In this document: piece by piece, positions 36,123 to 42,862 of the stretch
How positions within the stretch are numbered: the stretch's first letter is position 1
Layout: every line of letters begins with the position of its first letter
Virus record (IMG/VR): IMGVR_UViG_3300037991_002697
Span: 1-42,862 of that record
Length of the DNA: 42,862 bases
Strand: one strand, 5' to 3'
Source: a virus
Taxonomy: Duplodnaviria > Caudoviricetes
Translations under genes and position numbers: made by a program
The notes under the pieces: model-generated
Database searches by the model: none
What the model was told of the DNA's origin: nothing
The model's input: the letters and a program-made list of their open reading frames with translations, nothing else

Positions 36123-37057
36123 TCCATCATGATCTCAGTAAGACATGCAAGCAGATTGATTTCTTGGTCTGCAACGAAAGCAGACTTGTACTGATACTCA
36201 GCGATAATCAAAACAGCGGCAGGAATAGACTGTGGTTGCATCCTCTCATAAAGAGAGTCATAGATCTTGCGTAGAATCTGGGCAGTATCGTTGCTCAGAT
36301 TGTTTACGACCCACTCGCGAACCTTGTTGTATTCCTTTGTCTTGAGATGACTGACTAGATCACTGATCTTGAGATCACCAATCTCATTCAGAATCCCAAC
36401 GTCAATCTCACCACCGACAGAATATCTCTGCAACTCGTTTAGGGTTCGTCTCCAGTCAGGCGAATGCTTGAGAATCAACTTCGCAAGAACACGCTCATCA
36501 TACGAGACTCCCTCTGCCTCAAGAATGTGCTTCGTCCGATCCATGAATGAAACACACATCTTTCGCTTGTCTGTTTCATTGAAGCGAAAGTCAATGCAAG
36601 TACATCGCGAGTGAATCGGTTCGATGATTCGATTCTTGAAGTTACATGTCAGTATAAAGCGGCAATTATCAGAAAACTCCTCGATGAACCCACGAAGAGC
36701 AGGTTGCATTGAGTTAGCGTTTGCATAATCAAACTCATCAAGGATGACAATTTTCTTACCTCCAGATAGAGACACAGTGCTTGCAAAGTTGCGAATCTTC
36801 ACACGAAGCGTGTCAATACCACCTTCCTCGGAACAGTTGAGCAGTAGATAATCCGCGTTCAGTTCAGAACACAATGCCCGGGCGATAGTTGTCTTACCGA
36901 CTCCAGCACCACCGGAGAGCAGTAGGTTCTGTGACTCCTCATGAGAGAGCATATCCCGAAACGACTGCTTGATCGAATCGGGAAGAATGCACTCTTCAAT
37001 TGTCTTAGGTCGATACTTCTCAACCCACAAGTATTGCTTGTCTGTTTCAACCGTCAT
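36107..37057 (-). CDS. 44: clamp loader large subunit (gp44)
   Basis: LWVEKYRP, GGAGVGKTT, ILDEFD, QPALRGFIEEF, HSRC. Confidence 0.95.
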   Translation of the reverse strand: MTVETDKQYLWVEKYRPKTIEECILPDSIKQSFRDMLSHEESQNLLLSGGAGVGKTTIARALCSELNADYLLLNCSEEGGIDTLRVKIRNFASTVSLSGGKKIVILDEFDYANANSMQPALRGFIEEFSDNCRFILTCNFKNRIIEPIHSRCTCIDFRFNETDKRKMCVSFMDRTKHILEAEGVSYDERVLAKLILKHSPDWRRTLNELQRYSVGGEIDVGILNEIGDLKISDLVSHLKTKEYNKVREWVVNNLSNDTAQILRKIYDSLYERMQPQSIPAAVLIIAEYQYKSAFVADQEINLLACLTEIMMECQFK

Positions 37058-37748
37058 ATGATGAGTCCGAATCCAAAGCGATGTAGTAAGTCAGATCGCG
37101 AGTATCGTGGCTAAATTCAGCAACGACACCGGCAGCAACACCAACATTGTAATCACCCGGAAGCAACTTCAAATTCTCCGACTTGAGATAGAACCTGAAA
37201 TCAGGCCCATCGTAGGCAGGACACTCCAGATCAACAGAGTATGTGTTGCTGGTTGGATCTTCTTTGCTCAGTGCCGTGAGTTGAATCTTATCACCGTTCG
37301 GTTGAATGCAAAGATCTGCAAGACCAAGAACACTAGATGCACGAAGAACTTCGGTCAACGCATCCTGTAGGAGAGTGAAGTTTACCTTCACATCAGGCAT
37401 GTTGAACTCCTTCGTCGGTCGGCAATCCTTGACCAACTTAGTATCAGCATAGTGATACTTCACAGTCTGTCCGCGAGAACCACTAATCGTGACGGACTTC
37501 TCTTCGAAGTCAAACGAAGGATTCTCGATACAAGACACAATACCAAGGAACTTGGTCAAGTCCCAGATTGCAAACTCAGTATCGAACGTCTCGGAGATAT
37601 TCGCCTGAACCATGATGTTCTTCATGGGCGAAACAGTCACCATAGGTGTGTTCGGAATCACATGGACACTAGGGTTGATAGAAGCAAAATTCTTCAACAA
37701 GTCTAGTGTGCTTTTGGATAGGGTAGTAGTAGTAGCAGTCATCATCAT
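37047..37748 (-). CDS. 45: sliding clamp (gp45)
   Basis: LKNFASIN, FAIWDLTKFL, ENLKLLPGDY, YYIALD. Confidence 0.93.
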   Translation of the reverse strand: MMMTATTTTLSKSTLDLLKNFASINPSVHVIPNTPMVTVSPMKNIMVQANISETFDTEFAIWDLTKFLGIVSCIENPSFDFEEKSVTISGSRGQTVKYHYADTKLVKDCRPTKEFNMPDVKVNFTLLQDALTEVLRASSVLGLADLCIQPNGDKIQLTALSKEDPTSNTYSVDLECPAYDGPDFRFYLKSENLKLLPGDYNVGVAAGVVAEFSHDTRDLTYYIALDSDSSYDG

Positions 37749-37939
37749 CTCCTGAACTTTTCGAAGTTGTCCCAGTCTTCCTCGAAGAACTCCTCGGGAT
37801 CACGTTTTAGTTCGTCAACTTGTCTTTTCTTGTCGTGTCTGGCACGACGGCGACGTTCACTCTGTTCGTTCTTGTATGCCTGATACTGATCAAACTCATC
37901 AGGGCCAACAGTCTTCTTCTTGCCTTTATTCTTTTTCAT
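37745..37939 (-). CDS. hypothetical highly charged protein
   Basis: ATGA overlaps on both sides. Confidence 0.65.
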   Translation of the reverse strand: MKKNKGKKKTVGPDEFDQYQAYKNEQSERRRRARHDKKRQVDELKRDPEEFFEEDWDNFEKFRR

Positions 37940-38775
37940 ACGAATTCCTGAATGTTCTCTAGCAAGTTATCAAGTCTCTTAGAAACAAAGTAGTCCATCA
38001 CTCCCATCTCACGTTCGATGGGTTTATCGTATTCCGTATCAATACGCTCGTTGATTGTACTCGGAATCTGATTCAAGTCAATCATTGACTTGTTTCTTTC
38101 GTAAAAAGGTTGCTTGAGATACTCACCACTTTCGATGAGTTGTGCAAGTCTTTTCTTGGTGATTGGCTTTTGCCTTTTATCTGGATTGATCAGACAATCA
38201 TCATCAGACATACAGTTTGGAACCCCATCACCAGAGTCTCCACGGATCACATGCTCAAGTAAAAACTGATCTGGATCCTCACATACAATAAACGATTTTG
38301 TCATCGGGCTGAATTGATCAACAGACTCGTACCTTTGCAACTGCTGAAAGTCTTTGTCTGAGGAGATGATTACGATCTTCTCTTGATCATGGAATCGATG
38401 ACACAATCGAGCGATCACATCATCTGCCTCTACACCACGAATACAAACATGCTTGTATGGGAGGACGGATCTGATTTCGTCTCGAATGTCTCCCATGACC
38501 TGAAAGACTTCATCCCAATCAAAGTCGTACTTATCAGTACGCTCCCGCAACTTCTTGCGGTTCATCTTGTAGTTTTCAAATACATCTCTTCTCCAGTAGT
38601 TTCCGCCGTCATAGCACAAACAAACCTCACCGTACTTCGATTTGAACTGATTGCGATAGTTGCGGATTGAGTTGAGAAAAATATGTCTGACAAGATCCTC
38701 GTTGATCTCGTTGCCCTTTGATAGTTGGGAAAAGAGACTAGAGAGAATCACCTGACTAAAATCAATTAGAATCAT
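37936..38775 (-). CDS. rnh: T4-type RNase H (5'-3' exonuclease)
   Basis: MILIDFSQ, YWRRD, EADDVI, SSDKDFQQL, GDSGDGVPN. Confidence 0.94.
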   Translation of the reverse strand: MILIDFSQVILSSLFSQLSKGNEINEDLVRHIFLNSIRNYRNQFKSKYGEVCLCYDGGNYWRRDVFENYKMNRKKLRERTDKYDFDWDEVFQVMGDIRDEIRSVLPYKHVCIRGVEADDVIARLCHRFHDQEKIVIISSDKDFQQLQRYESVDQFSPMTKSFIVCEDPDQFLLEHVIRGDSGDGVPNCMSDDDCLINPDKRQKPITKKRLAQLIESGEYLKQPFYERNKSMIDLNQIPSTINERIDTEYDKPIEREMGVMDYFVSKRLDNLLENIQEFV

Positions 38776-39874
38776 GATATGCTTGAACAAGGATAGTGTG
38801 TTGACCAATACGGCCGCTGGATACCTTGCGTTCCTTTGTTTTGATAGATGACCAAGTGTTGTTGAAAGAACGAATGCCCTTGATCTTTGGCAGAACGGAC
38901 TTTGGTTGTCTGATGGTTTTCATCAGTGAAAGGTCTCGATCAAAATTATGAATCGTAGTTCCCTTCACCATCAAACCATCATGACTGGTTGATTCAAACA
39001 CCTGCAAGTAACGATACTTGGTATTGAACACCACCAGTTTTTTCGCACCAATGATTTTCTTTGGATCAATGCTTTTGATACCAAGTTCATCACAGGACTT
39101 CATGTAGTTTACTTTCCTAACTGCCTTCGCAGGATCAAACTTGACCGTTCGCTTCTTACGAGGCTTTTGGTTCTTGAGGTAATGATCCTTTAGTGTGCCG
39201 AGGATTGTTTCAATGCCTTTTTGGAGTCTTCGGAGTTTTCTCTTGCCTCCGAGGTACTCGTATGCTTCATTCAATTGTTCGTCTTTACCACTAAGTGCTA
39301 AGGTGACTTCATCAAGAACGGGAGTGTACATCTCACACAGGAGTTCCGCTTGTTTTGCGGACACCTTGTTTGTGTACAACCATCCCGTGAGTTTTGCATC
39401 GAATGACTTCTCCCCATTCATAACAGATTGGTGTAGAGAATCCATGATAACATTGATGTCACAACTAAGTCTATTCACCGACTCCTTCAAACGATCCGCA
39501 GGAGAAAGTCGAGGTGTGGGTGGACTATCATTTTTCTTTTGCTTCGTGGTAGCAATGATTTGCTCGATCTCTGATCTGATGGTCTTTAGAACATTGACCT
39601 CAGGCGGGCAACCTCTAGACAAAAGCCGGCAGTAATGACCTATTCGGTTGAAGTTCTTTTTGTCAGAACCTCTGGCCAGTTCTACCTCTTCCTTTGTCCA
39701 GTGACTATCAGAGGACTTCATCCAATCAAGAGTCCACTTCTTGTAACTCTTAGATGACCCTGTGTTTCGATACCAATTTACTGAGCGAATAATCTTTGAT
39801 TGAAGATCATCATCGTTTCCCTCAAACTGATCCCACGATGGTTCTTCACCGTACAATTTCTTTTGGTAGTTCAC
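38762..39874 (-). CDS. conserved T4-like phage hypothetical protein
   Basis: C-terminal SIDPKKIIGA..VFNTKYR...VKGTTI..KTIRQP resembles a T4-like phage family; GTG start. Confidence 0.75.
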   Translation of the reverse strand: MNYQKKLYGEEPSWDQFEGNDDDLQSKIIRSVNWYRNTGSSKSYKKWTLDWMKSSDSHWTKEEVELARGSDKKNFNRIGHYCRLLSRGCPPEVNVLKTIRSEIEQIIATTKQKKNDSPPTPRLSPADRLKESVNRLSCDINVIMDSLHQSVMNGEKSFDAKLTGWLYTNKVSAKQAELLCEMYTPVLDEVTLALSGKDEQLNEAYEYLGGKRKLRRLQKGIETILGTLKDHYLKNQKPRKKRTVKFDPAKAVRKVNYMKSCDELGIKSIDPKKIIGAKKLVVFNTKYRYLQVFESTSHDGLMVKGTTIHNFDRDLSLMKTIRQPKSVLPKIKGIRSFNNTWSSIKTKERKVSSGRIGQHTILVQAYHDSN

Positions 39875-39880
39875 GGTATT

Positions 39881-39908
39881 ATCCTAATACAGTTTTCTAA
39901 TGTGTCAA
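39881..39908 (-). promoter_or_regulatory. sigma70-like promoter TTGACA-N16-TAGGAT; leaderless
   Basis: -35 at 39903-39908, -10 at 39881-39886, GTG 6 nt downstream. Confidence 0.7.
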
Positions 39909-40888
39909 CTATTTTTTACACTCTTCCATGCGGATAGTGCAATCTCATCGATATCGTAGATAGGAGTCCAGTCAGTTTCAGCCTGCCATTTTGTTGCCGA
40001 GGCAACAAGGAAAGGCACATCACCTTTTCTGGCAGGTGCGATCACTACATCCTTCACCAACCCACCAGTCACCGAGTTCATTGCACCAATGACTTCCATG
40101 ACACTGTTTCCTGTACCTGTGCCTAGGTTGTATATCCCACTTCCTTTTTCTAGTGCGATTGAGTGGGCACTAGCAATGTCTGATACATGAATGTAGTCTC
40201 GAATACAAGTTCCATCCACAGTGTCGTACTCAGTTCCAAAGATCTTGATTTCATCAGTTTCACCGATTGCATATTTCAGAATACAAGGAACAAGATTTTC
40301 TTTCTCTCTCCACCTGTAGTCAGACACTCTGCTATCAACATCATTGCCCGCTACGTTGAAGTAACGAAATGCAACATATGAAAAGTCATCGTTGACCTCA
40401 GCCATTTTTTCAAGCACATGTTCAACGAGCAATTTACTCATACCGTATGGGTTTGCAGGCTTTACGTTTGAGTTTTCTGTGATTGGCATTTCATCTGGTT
40501 TGACATTACCGTAGACGGCAGCAGTACTCGAAAAGATGAATCTAGGAACCTTGTACTTCTCAACCAGACTAAGGAGTTTGATAGTCTTTGATGTGTTGTT
40601 ATAGAAGTACTCAACTGGATTTTCAACAGACTCTCGAACTGAGATCAACGCCGCGAGATGAATTACCGCATCGATGTTTTGATTGCTCAGTAGATTCTCG
40701 GTGAAGATATTATCCTCGATGTCGCCACAATAGACTTTGAGTTTTCTTCTTCGGGACAACTTCTTCCTAAGATGCTCACAAGCCTTTTTGTTGCGATCAA
40801 TCACGAAGACATTGTGTCCACCATTGAGTAGATCGTAAACAACATGCGAACCGATATATCCGGCTCCTCCGGTAACAAGTATGTTCAT
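39905..40888 (-). CDS. galE: UDP-glucose 4-epimerase
   Basis: ILVTGGAGYIGSH, FSSTAAVYG, PYGMSK, RYFNVAG, DGTCIRDYIHV. Confidence 0.93.
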   Translation of the reverse strand: MNILVTGGAGYIGSHVVYDLLNGGHNVFVIDRNKKACEHLRKKLSRRRKLKVYCGDIEDNIFTENLLSNQNIDAVIHLAALISVRESVENPVEYFYNNTSKTIKLLSLVEKYKVPRFIFSSTAAVYGNVKPDEMPITENSNVKPANPYGMSKLLVEHVLEKMAEVNDDFSYVAFRYFNVAGNDVDSRVSDYRWREKENLVPCILKYAIGETDEIKIFGTEYDTVDGTCIRDYIHVSDIASAHSIALEKGSGIYNLGTGTGNSVMEVIGAMNSVTGGLVKDVVIAPARKGDVPFLVASATKWQAETDWTPIYDIDEIALSAWKSVKNS

Positions 40889-41421
40889 ACGTTCCACCAT
40901 TCAGGGATAGGTGCTTTTGTCCACTTTGCAAAACGATGCTTTTCGCCCATGTAGTACGCACGATACGCAGACACGGCACTTTCGTTTTTGTACTGTTCGG
41001 GCATTGCTTGTGCAAACTTAGTAAGTCCCTTGTCAGTAATGTTGATTGGTGACTTAGTAAGAAGATACTCCATCAATGACTCGCTCGCGTGCGTGCGGCC
41101 GTACCTTCGCGTGTACTCGCGGGCGAGGGCGAGACCATGCACAGACAACCATCGATAGTTTGATAGACTCTCCATGACCCAACGAGTGCATGGATGGTTT
41201 ACGAATGATGCTTTCCACAGGCGGTCTTCTCGTTCGTCTGAGAGTCGCCAGCGTTTGATTCGCCGACCATTCTTCGAGTAGTCTGTCCATTCGTCACCAT
41301 CAAGAACTCGATGAGCAGTAGAAAGCATCTGTCCACTTTCGAGAATCATTTTCACAACATGCTTGTCGATCATTTGATTTGCGGCACGAACGGGGTGTTC
41401 ATCGACAACGAAGATGTTCAT
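40885..41421 (-). CDS. pyrimidine-dimer DNA glycosylase-like (DenV family) protein
   Basis: MNIF..DKHVVKMILE..QMLSTAH, NHPC..W, EYTRRYG..H, QAMP, YRAYY. Confidence 0.8.
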   Translation of the reverse strand: MNIFVVDEHPVRAANQMIDKHVVKMILESGQMLSTAHRVLDGDEWTDYSKNGRRIKRWRLSDEREDRLWKASFVNHPCTRWVMESLSNYRWLSVHGLALAREYTRRYGRTHASESLMEYLLTKSPINITDKGLTKFAQAMPEQYKNESAVSAYRAYYMGEKHRFAKWTKAPIPEWWNV

Positions 41422-41789
41422 TTTGGAAGCGGAGCCTCGTAAAAGATCTTGATACCCAAAGCACGGGCAAGAGCGAGTTCTGCATTAGCACCCTTGCTCT
41501 TTTCCCATCCACTCATCATGTAGATAGCGGTGCATTCTTCACAGATTGCAACCATATCTCGTCGAAGAGCAGAACGCATAAACTCATGATCCTCATAGCA
41601 GTTATCAGGATCGAAGTCGTATGCAGATGAAATTGGTTTACCTTGGTCTCGGTCAAGTTCAGCAGGATTGATTACGTTCCAGCCTTGATCACGAAGAACA
41701 CGGGCGCAACGATCAAACGCAGGGTAGTTGTAATTCTCAAATCCCCGCATTGGGCCTGCGACATAGATTGTAGGTTGTCGTTCATTCAT
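41418..41789 (-). CDS. DUF4406-family protein
   Basis: IYVAGPMRG..YNYPAF, VINPA, GWEKSKGANAE. Confidence 0.85.
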   Translation of the reverse strand: MNERQPTIYVAGPMRGFENYNYPAFDRCARVLRDQGWNVINPAELDRDQGKPISSAYDFDPDNCYEDHEFMRSALRRDMVAICEECTAIYMMSGWEKSKGANAELALARALGIKIFYEAPLPK

Positions 41790-41796
41790 GATGTAA

Positions 41797-41824
41797 AGCC
41801 TAACACTACTTCAAGTGTTGTCAA
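41797..41824 (-). promoter_or_regulatory. sigma70-like promoter TTGACA-N16-TAGGCT (TG-extended); leaderless
   Basis: -35 at 41819-41824, -10 at 41797-41802, ATG 7 nt downstream. Confidence 0.72.
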
Positions 41825-42862
41825 GTAGGATTTTGAACAACTGCTCCATTTGGTCTACCAAGAATAATCTTGATTCGTTTCTTTCCACCTAGAATACGGT
41901 AGTACCAACCCTCGTAGCCAGGATATTTACCCTCTGGGTGCTTACCAACCCATTCGATATCTTTACCGGGCAGAAGTCTTCGGGCGGATTCCTCATCCGC
42001 GACATAAGGAACTCCTTTTCGCGTGATCATGATGTGGGCGATAGCACCACTCATTTCTGCGTAGTTACCCTTTGTGTCAAGCATCTTCGCAGTCTTGTTG
42101 ACCATCATCTTCTTCGCCGCCTCGGATCCATCAGTGGCACTTCCAGTCATTTTCTGACCACCAGGCCCAGGCTTGGAGAATCGAACTGCGTCGAAGTCTG
42201 GTTCCTTATCAGTATCCACACCAATCCAGTCAGTCGAGTCTGATGGTAGATCAGAGGGTTTCTTGAAGTCGGGATATCCACCGATAGGGCCGTATGACTT
42301 GTCGATCATATCGAAAACGTCTTGAGTCAAATCGTTGTTTTTACCAAGTTGTTTGATCGGAAGTTTAGTCCAGTTTCTCTTCTTGTGAGGAACTTCGATA
42401 GACTCACCACGGAACATCGCCATTGTTCGACCGATCTCAGTCTGCTTTGCTCCGCGTGGTTTTCCTTTGATTAGATTCTTGATTTCAGAGTTTTCAAGTG
42501 TTCCGTAATACTTGACATTGACAATCTCTGGGTATCGTTCCTCATCCCTTGCCATGTAATATTCGAGATTCACCTCTTTGGTATAGAAGCCAGAAGCATC
42601 CCCGATGATACCTTCATCCTCCATGATATTGAGAATCACACCCAGTTGTCTATCGTTGAGTTTGTCGAGACTGCAAATCTCACCATACGAACCACTGATA
42701 AAACGAACCCAGCCTTTTTTCATCGCCATGCGTTCGATACCATGTTCGATGTCTCTCTGACCAAACTGAAGTTGTTCCATAGCATCTCGGGCATCTTCTT
42801 CGGGGTTTGGAAGGCCCTTGTTGTTATACTTCTTGACTAAGTATTCCTCAATCTGCTTTTCA
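41821..42862 (-). CDS. modular hypothetical protein; 5' end lies beyond the window
   Basis: Frame stays open upstream of ATG 42780 to the window end (EKQIEEYLVKKYNNKG...). Confidence 0.75.
   Translation of the reverse strand, partial: EKQIEEYLVKKYNNKGLPNPEEDARDAMEQLQFGQRDIEHGIERMAMKKGWVRFISGSYGEICSLDKLNDRQLGVILNIMEDEGIIGDASGFYTKEVNLEYYMARDEERYPEIVNVKYYGTLENSEIKNLIKGKPRGAKQTEIGRTMAMFRGESIEVPHKKRNWTKLPIKQLGKNNDLTQDVFDMIDKSYGPIGGYPDFKKPSDLPSDSTDWIGVDTDKEPDFDAVRFSKPGPGGQKMTGSATDGSEAAKKMMVNKTAKMLDTKGNYAEMSGAIAHIMITRKGVPYVADEESARRLLPGKDIEWVGKHPEGKYPGYEGWYYRILGGKKRIKIILGRPNGAVVQNPT

Noticed and set aside
1-42862. CRISPR arrays, tRNAs, rRNA, integrase/transposase, DGR, stop-codon recoding
   Set aside because: None recognised by eye; intergenic gaps are short and core genes are intact in code 11 using all three stops

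Overview
A 42.9-kb segment of a large T4-like (myovirus-type) dsDNA phage genome. The minus strand carries the T4-type replication core (rnh, 45, 44, 62, regA, 43, uvsX, 41, 61, RuvC-like resolvase), nucleotide metabolism genes (class II nrdJ, thyX, dut) and a ~10-kb glycosylation island (GT25-like, GT29 sialyltransferase-like, neuA, RraA-like, neuB, GT10, WbuC-like cupin, DegT, gmd, GT2-TPR; galE lies nearby). The plus strand (1.3-10.5 kb) carries a RimK/aspartic-protease fusion, several proteins with T4-type capsid-targeting and prohead-protease-like sites (including a 1002-aa apparent polyprotein) and three small membrane or lipoprotein genes. The most unusual feature is two phage genes ending in Planctomycete-style PEP-CTERM (exosortase) sorting signals; one is translationally coupled to an unannotated lipoprotein. 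Four sigma70-like promoters share a 16-bp spacer and three appear to give leaderless mRNAs. A (C/A)TA(A/C)ATA late-promoter-like motif precedes about 10 genes. Three ORFs missing from the supplied track were found by hand. All functional calls come from motif recognition and synteny; no database searches were run.
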